From the NCBI GenBank assembly GCA_026026165.1, contig JAPEUD010000057.1, forward strand, positions 1 through 64,000: DNA of 64,000 nt, given 5' to 3'. Source of the DNA: Sarea resinae. Its lineage: Eukaryota. A program made the position numbers and the translations under genes. Shown one piece after another: positions 1-12,300 of the stretch (position 1 is the stretch's first letter; every line of letters starts with the position of its first letter). The notes beneath the pieces were generated by a model. That model was not told the origin of the DNA. It saw only the letters and a program-made list of their open reading frames with translations, and did no database searches.

Positions 1-125
1 ACCCTAACCCTAACCCTAACCCTAACCCTAACCCTAACCCTAACCCTAACCCTAACCCTAACCCTAACCCTAACCCTAACCCTAACCCTAACCCTAACCC
101 TAACCCTAACCCTAACCCTAACCCT
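1..125. repeat. Telomeric repeat array (CCCTAA)n, chromosome left end
   Basis: About 20 perfect CCCTAA units from base 1, ending abruptly at 'accctttact'. Confidence 0.99.
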
Positions 126-869
126 TTACTATCTAGCTTCTTAATTCTTCTTCTAACTATAGCTATTTACTAACTAATTAATATATTAAGATCTTCTACT
201 TCTATTAATCTATTTACTTTACTAACTAAATTACTAGAAGAGATTCTTATAATTAACTATTAAATAGTACTGTAAAGACTTAGTTATAGAGCTAAATATA
301 TATCTCTACTATACTTGCTAGCTAGATACTACTCTAAATTACCTCTTATTACTATAATTAGTTCTATAATATAATACTATATAATTGTAAAGAGAAATAT
401 AACTACTATAGTATATAGAGAAGTGTTTCTACTACTTAGATCTAGTGTAAGAGTTCTAACTATATTATTCTTAGACCTTATAATATACTAAAAGTCTTAC
501 TCTTACTTAATAACTTCTATTTAGACCTTTCTTTTAGTATTAAAAGTAATAATACACGATAAATATAAACCTTAAGCTCTCTATACAAATCTTACACTAT
601 AAAAGAATAATAATCTATTTTAATAGACTGCTTTTCTTAGTAGCGTTTATATATATAGGTGTATAGAGGAATCACCTATATATTTAACTTGTGCTAGTGG
701 TTTTCGCTAGCTAGGCTAGCTAAATAGCTAAGATACAACATAGCCTATAATGCAAGCAAGTAGTGCTAGTAAGTATAGAGAGTTAGAGGTAAGGCTAGAA
801 GCACTAGAGGTAATGTTTTATTATGTCTAACTAGTAGCAACTCTACTACTATAATACTACTTAGTTTAG

Positions 870-995
870 GCTAGCCTAGCTAGCTAAATAGCTAATAGGT
901 AGAGTGAGCGTGTAGTGTACAAAGAGTTTTTTTCCTTCTAGACAATCTAGCAATATTTTCTTCTAGACTGTCTAGAAGTTTAATTATTAAACAGC
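870..995 (+). repeat. Direct repeat copy A (telomere-proximal flank of helicase gene) containing palindrome CTTCTAGACTGTCTAGAAG (960-978)
   Basis: Aligns with 5738-5843: gctagctaaatagcta...gtgtagtgta...ttttcttctagact(g/a)tctagaagttt...taaacagc. A partial third copy lies at 694-730. Confidence 0.8.
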
Positions 996-1319
996 GATAT
1001 TAAGCAATGTCTAAGCTTACTTAAGCTCTTACTAAAGGTGTAGGATCACTTTAATTATCACTACTATAGCGTTGCTAACCTACTCTCTCTACACTAGCTA
1101 GATATGCTATTACCTAAGCTACTTGCTATATCTTTTAAGGTCGCCTTACTAGCTAAGAAATCTAGCCCTACTAATTAGCTCTTACTCTCTTACACTAGTT
1201 GCTGTGTTAGCTGCAACAATGTGTACAATTAGCACTAGTTGATTTAGCTACTAATAGCTAGCCTAAGTGTTAACTCTAGTGTAGTAATACTACTAACTAA
1301 TGCTGTATTAAAAGCAGCT

Positions 1320-4300
1320 ATAGGTCTTTTTCTCTAAGTCCTTTTAGAACTAAATTTTCTGTTAGAAGCTATTAATAGCTTGCTTGCTAAGCGCACTCTG
1401 CTGCAGGTATTAGTGCTAGCTATACTCTTACTACTCTACTTACCTAGCCCTTTCCTTAAGCCTCTTAACTACCTAGTAGATAGCGCACTACTCTTTAAGC
1501 TAGTTAAGTGCCTGCTTAATAACAGCCTACTACTGCTTTACTTTAGCCTTATAGGTCTACTACTTAGTTAGGCCCTTACTATATTAATTACACTACACTA
1601 CTATACCTTAGTTAACCTTACTATACTACACTCTCTTTCTATTAAAGTAGCTGCTTATAATCTGCTACTAGTAGCTCTAAGTAGTAATAAATTCCTATAT
1701 TGCCTGCTAGTTAATAGTACACTCTATAACAGCTGCTACTATAAGCTAACTAGCCTCTATAAGTATAACAGTATCTATATCCTTACTAGCGCGCCTAGCC
1801 TAGCCTAACTCCTACACAAAGTTAATTATACTATATAGCACTCTAATATACAGCGTTATTAAGATCCTACTATAGTTAACTCTAGTGCTAAGCGTGCTAG
1901 TAGCAATAATCTAGCTCTCTTTAGATATCTACTACTTAAGCTAGCGCTCTTTATCCTCTAATATTAAGTGATAGTAGCTGTATTATAGAGTCTTAGCTAA
2001 GGCCTTATAGGCTGCCTAGGTTTAGCAGTAGATTACCTCTTTCCTTTGCTACTATAGTTGCTGCTACAGCTGCTATTAATAGAGGTGCGCTACGCTCTTA
2101 AGCAGCTAGCTATCTTTACACTACACTACTAGATAGTAGGTGCGCAGCTAGATTATACAAGTGTAAATGCAGCGTGCTACTAGTATTAGCATACTATTAG
2201 CTAGCTCTTACTCTAGAGCAAGTAGTAATATTATAGTTAGTAGTATTATTAGGTATATTATTATCTGCAGATGCTTAAGATTATTAAGCCGCAGCTAGTA
2301 ATTATTAGCTGTAAACATTAGGTAACACTTATCTATAACAATCTACTATAGCAAACTATACTGCTATAGCGCTGTAGTGTACATTAAGAAACCTAACCTA
2401 CTAGTAAGATTAGCGCTAACTACTACTACTATAATAAAGCTGCTATTACTATACCTCTACTTAAGACTATTAATACTAACCTGCTGCAATTAGCTAACTA
2501 GATTATTTACTAGAGTGTAGAACAGCACTACTACTACTATTACTAGTAGCTCTTATAGCTCTTTCTTCTACTACTATTGCTTAAGCTAAGCTAGTAGTAT
2601 AAACAGCAGGCTCTTTCTACCTCTAGTAGGCAGCACTACTACAGTTAGCGTCTTATATTATAAGATTGCTTGTAATACTACATGCTGCTCTACTAACTTA
2701 AACTCTACTTAACTTAACTCTAGCAATTGCTATATACTAGTAACAACCTCTTCTAAGTCGATATTAATCTCTTACCTTAAACTATTATTATCCTCTAGCA
2801 GCTAAAACCGCTTGCAGCAGCTACAGCCTATTACTAGAACTCTTATTTCTTCTCTCTTCTTTTACTCCTCCTCTAGCAGCTGCTTCTCCTTTGCTTTCTG
2901 CTTGCGCTTTAGCTTTCTCTTAAGCTTAGGCTAGGACTTGCTTTGCTGCGCTGCACTAGCTAGGCTGCTACTACTATTAAGCTGTAGGAATACATGCTAC
3001 ACCTAACTCACTTAGCTAAACATGTTAAGAGAGCGCGCGCTAAGATTCTAGACAATATCTCTAGAAACACTATATTAAATTTGCCTAATAGTAGTAGTAT
3101 GCCTAGTCTGCAGCTTAAGTTTATCCTCTTACTTAAGCTATAGCTCCTCTATATCCTTAGCCTTATCTCTATAATACAGCGCTTACTCTTTACTAGCAGC
3201 GAATTCCTTGCCTATAAATTTCTAGCTAATTGTAATCGCTATATATTAATAGTCCTATATAGTCAGCTAATATTTTAACTATATAGATATCTTACAGCTA
3301 AGGACCTAGGTTAGCTGCTCTATTAGCTACAACTGCTCTTTAGTTATACTCTAGATAAATTTATTATTAAGCCTACTCTTTAAGCTAACTACAGTCTGTA
3401 GGTAGCTATAGAACAGCTGTATATAGGCTAGGTAGATAACTATAAGCTAGCTAACTTACTATAGCAAGAAGCGTAGCACTACCTTTAGAGTATTATACTA
3501 GGCCTAGCTCTTATAGTAGTAGGTTACTAGTATAACTAATCTATCTACTATATAGATATTGCAATCCTATAGCAAGTTGTTATAATAGCGCACTAATAAC
3601 TCCTTAGTGCTGCAGCTAGGCTAGCCCTTAGTTATATAGCAGCTAAAGAGTAGCAGCTTAAGAAAGGCCTATATATACTAGTAGTAGTCTCTAACTAGGC
3701 CTAGTTCTTAGCTAGTGCTGTTGCGCTATTAGAGCAGTTTTTTATCTTCTCTTCTTTCTTTCTTCTAGACTATCTAGAAGTATTAAGCTATATAGGCAAC
3801 GCGCGCCACTATTAAGAAGAGCCTCTAATTAAGCTAGTTTGCTAGATTACTAAGGAAGGACTAATTCTACTATATAAACGCTATGTTATCCTTAATACTA
3901 GCTAGGTTAATAGTAAAGCAGTCGCCTAGTTTGCAGCACTATATTAGCTTAGGCTAGAGGATAGCCTTAGCAGCCTTAATCACCTAGTGCGCTATCTGCT
4001 AGAAGTAGGCGATTATAATTAGCTTACTATAGAAGCGCAGCGACTAAGTATCCTAGGCCTAGTTTGTTATCGCTATACTTAGTTGCTACTAGCTAATATA
4101 CTTAGTGTATATAAGCAGGCTAATTATTGTGCTTATTAGAGTTAGCAAGCTATTAGCTAGGAATATCTTACACTGCCTTAAGAAGCGCTTCTACTTAGCC
4201 TAGCCTTACTACTCTTATATAGCTACTAGTAGCAGCACCTTAACTCTAATCACCTATATATAGTAGACTACTCTAGCTAGCTAGTAAGAGTAGCTTATCG

Positions 4301-5720
4301 CTATATATAGCTGCTTAGTAAGAGAGTTAATACTAAGCATAGTAAGGAAGTAGACTAGCACGTTGTTAAAAGAGTCTACTAGTAGTAGGTTAAAGATAAG
4401 CGCCTATAAGAAGGCTAGCACTTAGTTAACCTATAAGGCCTTATTGCTATTAAGCTTAAGCAACTCTTAGATAGCCTATAAGCGCTTGTTTTGCTCTGCT
4501 ATTAGATGCAGCAATTTATTAGCATTCTTTAGCTATATATTAGGTGTGTAGGTAGCAAAGGTGCAGTAGGTAAAGATATATAAGTAATAGCAGATTAGAC
4601 ACACCTAATAGTTAGTATAGCGCACCTAAGCCTCTATAGTCTGTAGCTAACCTAATAGCTTTAGGTGCACTTTAGTGCGCTTCTTACTACATAGCTAGTA
4701 GTAGAGCTTAAGTAGTAAGGTAGCTAGCCTAGCTACACAGCGCTTAATTATTAGTTAGGTGACTTTAGTAGCTTAGCTAAGGATCTAGTCTAAATCCTAC
4801 TGCTGCTGCTGCTGCTGCAGCTGCCTAAGTCGCTAGTTAAAGAGCTTACTAGTATAGAGAAGGTAAGCTATATTCTAGTAGCGCAAGTAGGCTAGCTAGC
4901 TAGTGCAACTAAACTAGCTAGTGTAATTAGTCTTCTACACTTTACTTTTAGTTAAGGCCTAACTCTACTTATACACAGCCTGCTAAGTATTAAACTTACA
5001 CTAGATCTAACTAGCTAAGTTATTAGAGGCTGCTTTACCTAGCTAATTATTATTGTAGCTTCTCTCTACATGCTCTTTTTCTACTAGCTGCACTAGAAAA
5101 TATTGCTGTAGCTTGCTAGTAAAGAAGGTCTGCACTAGAACTAGCTGCTAATTTAGCGAGTCTTTTTCTTCTTCTTTCTCTTAATTAGCAGACTAGGTGT
5201 GCTGCTTATTACTATACTTCTATATAATCTAGCGATTTGCTATGCTAAAACTATAGTCTTAATAGGTAAAGCTGTTAGTAGGTGCCTTTAGAGCAGGAAA
5301 TGCAGGGCAATTTAGTAGTAGCAAAGGTATAGCATATAGATTAAGTAGGCTGCAGCCTTAATACTATACTCTAAGCAGATATCGCTCTTTAGCTAGCATT
5401 GTATAACTATCCTTTAAGTAGCAGTCTATATTTCAAAGAGCGTAGCTATATTAACAGCAGATTAGGACCTAATAGTTTAGCTTATAGTAGAATAATAACA
5501 ATTGCAATCCTAATCTTAATCTTAATTCTAATCTCTCTTACTACTTCTCTTACTTCTCTTACTACTCTTATTGCTCTTATTCTTACACTACTTGCTACAG
5601 CTACTGCTACTAGTTATTAAAGGCAGTAGCAGCGCTACTATAGGCGAAGTGCGTAGTTAGTATGCCTTAGCTCACTGTAATAACCTCTTAATCTTCTTTT
5701 AACTCTAAGTGACACTTAAA
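1320..5720 (-). pseudogene. RIP-inactivated telomere-linked RecQ helicase (DUF3505-like Zn finger + tyrosine-recombinase-like region + RecQ helicase + RQC Zn site)
   Basis: Minus-strand translation, de-RIPped reading in brackets. Motif I VVLPTRGRKSLLF [LPTGGGKSLLF] ~2600-2640; Ia VVVLFYTLVNNL ~2498-2535; II IVIDKCYL [DECH] ~2320-2342; III LLTIILL [LTATLPP] ~2225-2243; V IATSTLSTRVNY [ATSALGTGVDY] ~1873-1907; VI NFV*ELG*ARRA [DFAQESGRAGRA] ~1788-1823; CRR..S.YFDG..C..CD.C ~1580-1675. N-terminal VLIC..H.YA...HL...H and GF.C..C......H....H at ~5200-5470. Ends approximate. Confidence 0.9.
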
Positions 5721-5725
5721 CTCTT

Positions 5726-5843
5726 CTAGTAGATTTTGCTAGCTAAGCTAGCTAAATAGCTAGCAGGCTAGGTAGGTGTAGTGTATATATATAGAGAGCT
5801 TTTTCTTCTAGACTATCTAGAAGTTTTTTAATCTTTAAACAGC
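5726..5843 (+). repeat. Direct repeat copy B (upstream flank of helicase gene) containing palindrome CTTCTAGACTATCTAGAAG (5805-5823)
   Basis: Matches 694-730 and 870-995 by eye. Confidence 0.8.
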
Positions 5844-5988
5844 AGCTAGTAGATTAGATATAAGTAAGCCTTCTCTTTTCCTTAGAGCGCTATATAGGCG
5901 CTAGAGGTAAAGTGCATTGTTAGTCTGCCTTAGCTAGCTGCAATCACCTCTTAATACCTCTAACCCTAAGTAACTCTAAGAGATAAGG

Positions 5989-6316
5989 TGTGAGTAGCTA
6001 GGCTAACTTAGTTTGTGCATGCAAAGGATATGCGTAAGGTTTGTACAAATCTACAAACTTATAAATAGAGTACAAATAATGATTTGTAATAGGATAGTAT
6101 TAGCAACTACTCTACTAGCTACTCTATAGAGATAGGACACATATAGTGCTCTAAAGGCTAAACAGCTAGATAAAAGAGGGCTGTTTGTGCTAAACTCCTA
6201 AATAGTTGAATAAAAGAGGGCTGTTTATGCTAAACTCCTAAACTAACAAACCTCTAAGGTTTGTAGGCCTAAACGCTGCTTAGTATGCTTAGCAAGGAGT
6301 TGCCTACTTCCTAACA
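5989..6316 (-). repeat. 3' LTR (328 bp, TG...CA), with an internal 40-bp tandem duplication ~6160-6240
   Basis: Colinear with 14727-15054; the differences seen are all C/T or G/A transitions. Confidence 0.97.
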
Positions 6317-9300
6317 TAGTCCTCTCTCTTTTGTATAGCGTTGTCTGTAACGCTAGTGCTATTCGTGGGTTTGTATATTTGTTGTTGTTGTTTTTCTGTC
6401 GTTTAGCTTTGTATCTGTTTATAGACTGTGGCTAGAGGCGAGTGCTTTATGCTTATGTGTCTGTTGTAGGTTAGGCGGTTCTAGTGTTCTTATAGTAATA
6501 ATCGTTCTTTTTAGTTTGTGGTTTTAGAGGTTCTAAGCGTTTCTGCCGCTTGTAGTTGTCTTTATATCTTCTCTTTATTTGATTTCTTTGTTCTAGGTTA
6601 GGGCGAATTTCGCTAATTGCTGTTTGCAGTCGTGCTAGTTGTTCCTTTGTTTGTTATTTCTTTATTGTGTTCCTTTGTTCTTAACACTAGTAGGCCTTAG
6701 TTAGTGCGCCCCTTGTAGTTGTCTCTAATCTTTGTTGCTTAGCATACTTTGTTTCAGCTATTAGTGATTTAGCCTGTCGCTGTTTGTCGCCCTTTTTAGT
6801 TGTTTTTATTGTACGTTTGTCTTTGTTGTTATTTCTTTGTTTTAGAATCAGTGGGTCTAGGCGTTACGCTACCTAGGATCGCTCTTAGTTTTTCCTTTGT
6901 TTAACTTCTTTGTTCTAGTTTAGGGCGAATTTCGCTGATCGCTGTTTGTAGTCGCCTTATTGTTTCCCTTGTTTAGGCTTTTTAGTATCCTTTGTTTTGT
7001 AATATAGGAGACAGTGTTAAGTGGGTTGCAACCTTCTGTTAGTGTTTTCTATTTTCGTGGTTCTGTTTTGTAATTAGGCTTATATATCTATAGATTTTAG
7101 CTATTTATGTTGTGCCTGTTTGCTAATTATGTCTTTGTGTTTTACTTGCATAGATTTCTTTGTGATATGCGCCTGTTAGTTGTTGCAGTGATTGTTTTGT
7201 GCTTGTTCGCAAGGTTTAGCTGCAATATACCTTGCAACCTTGTATTAGCTGTCTTAGTGTTTGTGCTAATTCTTTATGCTCTATAACTAGTTGTAATCAT
7301 GCAATTCGTGTTTTTATTAGGTGTTAGTAGAGGTGAATGTCTAGTTAGCTTAGTAGATAAATTAGTAGGGCCTTGCAAACAGTCTTCTTACCTTGTTAAC
7401 AAACCTTTAGCTGTGATTTAGAGGTTGTTTTAGTTGTTTTGTTATCACATTATCTCTTTGTTTTTATTCTTTATGCATCGCACTATATTTAGCTAGCTAG
7501 TAAGTGTATTATTTGCTATCTCTCTTATGTTTAATGCGATAATTCCTATAGTGCTATTGTGATTAGCTTGTTTAGTCGTTCTGTTATAGGTTATTTGTGT
7601 TGTTTGTAGTAATAACTAGAGTAGTTTGTTTAGTGTTTGTAGTCTTTGCCTATCACGTGTTGTTTTCGCTTATTGTTGTGCTAATGTTGTCTGTTGCTAT
7701 AGTGGCTAATGTTTATTGTTAGTGTAAACTAGCTTCCTAGGGTAAGACAGTTGCTGCTGCGCCTCTGCTGCCTGCTACTACTCTAACCTAATCTAAGAAA
7801 GGCTGTAGGGGTTAGGCCTCTAGCAGCCTCTCTGCAACTTGTTGTTTAAGTTGTTGTACTTGTTTAGCTTATGCGTTAGTTGTGCCTGTTTATGTCGCTA
7901 ATTAGTTGAATAAGTATAAGATACAGGCTCAGGCTATTTAGGATGCTAGTGACTATAAGGTAGCGAACCTAGAGTGTAACACTTGTTGTTATTATGCAGT
8001 TGTGTGCCTTTAGGTGCAAGAGACTAATCGCTGCCTGTTATATGTCTCTTAAGGCAAGTCTGTTAACAAATATAGGCTTAGAGAGGTCCTAGTGTGTATT
8101 CTTATTGTGTGCTTTGTAGTATTGTTTGCTAAGTGTTTATAATTGCTTTTTAGCCTATTGCGCCTGCTGTTGTCGCGCTGCCTATTGCTTTGCCTACTGC
8201 CTTTACTATTATTATACTGCCTGCCACGCTTGCTACTCTTCTTACACCTAGTCCTATAGTCGCGCTCCTTGTTACACTAAACTAGCTGATTGTCTAAACT
8301 AGTTAGAAGTCTAAACAGTGAGTGACTAGTTTGTTAGATGTTTTGTTGTTGCTTAGGCTTATTTGTAGTTATGTTTGTGCTAGTTGCTATAGCAATGTAG
8401 ATTTAGACTCTTTGCCTTCTAGTCTATCGCTCTACTGTTTAGCCTGTTGTGTTTATTGCTCTCCTTGTTTTAATTCGCCTAGTGCGCAGCTACAGGCTGA
8501 GTTATTCCTAGGCAGTGTAGATTGTAAGTTCTCCTTCTCTTTTCTGTTATTATAGCTAGGATTTGTTTGTTCGCTCGTTTTGTTTCTAAGTTAGCTTGTT
8601 TAGGTATCTCTTGTTTTCTCTATGTGTTTTTCTTACTTTCCTTTTTTATATAGCTTTATTAATTGTTATAAGTGGTAGGCGTGGTGCGCTAGTGCCCTTG
8701 CTAGACCCTTTTAGTCTAAATTGTGTCGACTTAGATCTAAACGATCTACTTATTAGTTAGCGCTTTGCTAATAGGCTATTAGCTATTGTAGTTAGGTTGT
8801 CTTCTTTGTCGTTGTCGCTGCTGCGTTCGCCTGCTAGCGATTCGCCTTAGTTGCCTCTGCTTAATTCTCCTAGGGTTTTTATAGCTTTGCTGCTGCAGTT
8901 AAGTCTTACTAGTTCGCCTCTGCTCTTTTTATAGGATCTGTCCTTTTTGTCTCTTATGCTGTCTAACCCCTTGTCTTGCGCCCCTTCTCTACGTGGTTTA
9001 GTCGCGCCTGTCGCTAATCCTATTGCTAGCGCGAATTACTATACAGGTTATAACGACTTACAGCTGTTTGCTAAAATCAGGCTTTTAAGGGATAAGATTA
9101 GAGGCCTTTGTAAGCAGATTGTTTAGGATTAGTTAGCTGCCTAAGTTGAGTTAGGGATTGTTTAGAGCGCTGTTAATGCAGTGCAAGACAACGTTTGTAA
9201 TCTTATTAAGTTCGCGCGAGATATACACACTGACCTTGTGTTTATCAAGCACTAGGCTAGGGTTTATCAGATTGATTGTGATGTAAAGTTGATTCCTTGT

Positions 9301-12300
9301 TAGTATACACGCTAGTAGTTGCTTCTTTATGTAGTTTGTTTCTGTTTTCCTTTTTTCGCGTAGGTAGTTAGGCTTAACTAGGTTTTTTTGTTCGTCCTAG
9401 GTTTGTAGATTTTAATGCTTTTATAGGGTGTTTATAGTGAAATTCGCAGAGTAGTCCTTTGAGGTAGTTCACGCTTCTAGCCTCCTCCTATGTGCTTTCC
9501 TATTTAGGGTAATCGAGCTATTTTACTTAGTATTCTAAGATGTTTTTTTAGATGCAGCTGTCTAGTATAGCTTTGACGTCGAATAATTCGTTAGGGTTAG
9601 CAGCGTCTTCCTTATCCTACTGCTGTTTATCTGTATAATCTTAGTTCGGTCTGCTTATGTATAGTTTAAGCAGTTGCACGTTAAAGACATTATAGATTTA
9701 GAACTGTTTAGGTAACTGTAGTTTATAAGCCTGTTTGCTGATTTTCTTAGTGATAACATATAGTCCTATTCGCCTTGCTTGTAATTTTATAGCTAGTTGT
9801 TGTGTCTATATGTTTTGTGTGTCTAGCTAAACGCGTTTGCCTAGTTTGTATTTGTGTAGTTTGCAACCTTTGTTGTATTGTTTAGCGTACTGTTTGTTGA
9901 CCTTTTTTATCCTTTGTTTTAGGTGTTTATATATGTTATTTATTTTAGCGGCATAGGCTGTCTCTATTGCTGATTTGTGTAGGTGGTTTTGCATTTAGAA
10001 TTCTATTCGCAGGTGTCTCTTGTTTGTTGCTACAAAGAGAGTTATTTTAGTCGCTAAATGTTCAGAATTATTGTATGTGAATTTAGCAAGCAAGAGCAAT
10101 CAGGCCTAATTATCCTGTGCCCTATTTACAAACGCTTAAAGGTATGCTTCTAATGTTTGATTCTGTCGTTTAGTTTGTCTGTCTGTTTGCAGGTAGAACG
10201 CTGTGCTAAGGTCTCGCTAAACTCGCAGGTAAAAGCAGAAGGAAGTCTAGAATTAGGAGGTGAATAGCGATCCACAGTCTAAGACTATTAAATCTAGGAT
10301 ACTATGCATTCGAACAACTTCTTAAATAAATGTTCCTGCAAGCGTTAGTGTGTTAATTGTCTTTTTAACTAGAACATAGTAGGCTATTTTTGTTAGTTAG
10401 TTAACAACTACAAAGATTGCGTTGTATATTCCTCCTAAATATGCTGTGCTTTTAGAGATACCTGTGACAAAATCTATTGTAATAGATCTCTAGGCACAAT
10501 CTAGAATTAGTAGTGATGCAAGAAGGCTATAGCCTTTGTGTCTGTAGGTTTTGTTTTGTTAACACAAAATGCAATTTCAGCAGTAGATTTTAACGTCTTT
10601 GTATGCACCTAGCTAATTAAATAATTGCTAAAGGTATTCTGCTGTTTGTAGTAGGCTGAAATGTCTGGCGAATAGTTTGTTATAGTGTTGTCTTATTAGC
10701 TCAATATAAAGTTTCTTGTTTAGAGGAATGTATACTGCGTTGTAGTAATTAACTAGGCTCTTATTAGATATAGACTATGCTATTCTCTCTTTTTTATGCT
10801 GCAACCTAGTACAGCTTGTTAGTTTGTTAAGAGTAGCTAATTCTCGCTAAATTGTTAAGGCCTGTTTGTCTACGTCTTATAGGTCTAAGATTATCTAAAC
10901 AAGTTTAGCCGCTGATTTTTCTGCATATACTGTTTCTTCCTAAAGACTATTGTCTAAGGGAAGTGACACAAGCTGTTGCGCTACAGCAGTGTTAGCACTC
11001 GTCCTATTTCGAAACGATTTAGAGCTTTCCTCTAGGTTTGTCCTAGGTATCTCTTCCTAGCCTACTGCTGTTGCAGTTTTTTAGCTTAAGGCATTGTGTA
11101 TCTGCTTATCGCTTATAGCGTGCAGTTCTCTTTAGGTTTTGTGACCCTGACTATTTTGTTTGTTTGTCTTCTTCTAGCCCTAAGTAAGTGCCTCTACAAG
11201 CTATTGTCTTAGTCCTTCTTTGCTCCTAAGTTGCTCTTTAAGCTTCTAGAGAGGCTAATTCGCTATTCTACTTATCTTGTCTTTGCAGTTCGCTTCTTAT
11301 TTGTAGTCTAGTTAGCGCAAGAGCCTGTTAGCAAGGTTCTTTGATCTAGGTCAGTATTTAACTGTAAAGTTGTATGCAGATAGCTTTTCTACCTATTTTA
11401 TTTGTTGTCTTATTAGTTCCTTTGTTTTTATAAAGTGCAATAGGTTTGTGTGATTAGAGAGTGCAGTAATTCAGTGGTTCGCCTCTTCTAGGTAGTGTCG
11501 CTAGTGTTAGAACGAATTTACAATTGCTAACAGTTCTTAATTGTGCGTGCTATAGCGTCGTTCTACTAGTTCTATTTTTCGGCTCTAGTAGGCGATCAGG
11601 TGCTAATGTCTGTGTTTGTCTTGTTAATAAAGTATGCCTAATAATGCGAATCCTAAGGCGTCTGTTTCGACTCTAATTAGTAGCTTTAGGTCAAAGTGTC
11701 TTATAACTAGTGCGTTTGCAAACGCGTCTTTTAACTTCTAGAATGCTGTTCGCGCTTTAGGTGAGAGCTATTTCTGTTCGCGTCCTATTAGTTTAGCGCT
11801 TAGTTTTTAGTTCTGTTGTTGTTTCCTATTTGTAGATCCTTTTAGGTATTCTGATAGTAGGATTACAATGCAGGAATATCCTTTAATAAATCGTTGGTAG
11901 AAATTAGCGAAGCCTAGGAAAACTTGCAGGTCTTTGATTTTTATAGGTTTAGGCTATTCTATAATAGTTTAGACTCTATTATCTTCTATAGATACGCCTT
12001 TAGTAGAGACTACAAAGCCTAAGAAGTCTAATTTAGTTTAGTTAAATAGGCATTTTAAGATCTTTACCTAGAGGTTCGCTGTTTGTAATTGTTTAAGAAC
12101 TATTCAGACGTGTTTAGAGTGTTTGTCTGCGTTTTTGCTAAAGATTAGTATGTTGTCAATGTATACAATACACATCGTGTCTAGACAGTCTTATAATGCA
12201 TTATTAATATATGCTTAAAAGCTAGCAGGCGCATTTGTTAACCTAAATAGAACCACTAGGTATTTAAATAGGCTGAATCTTATGCAAAAGGTAGTCTTCT

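Noticed and set aside
1380..8555. Leu-rich plus-strand ORFs at 1380, 5399 and 8322
   Set aside because: Antisense by-products of RIPped helicase and retrotransposon sequence; no independent gene signals.
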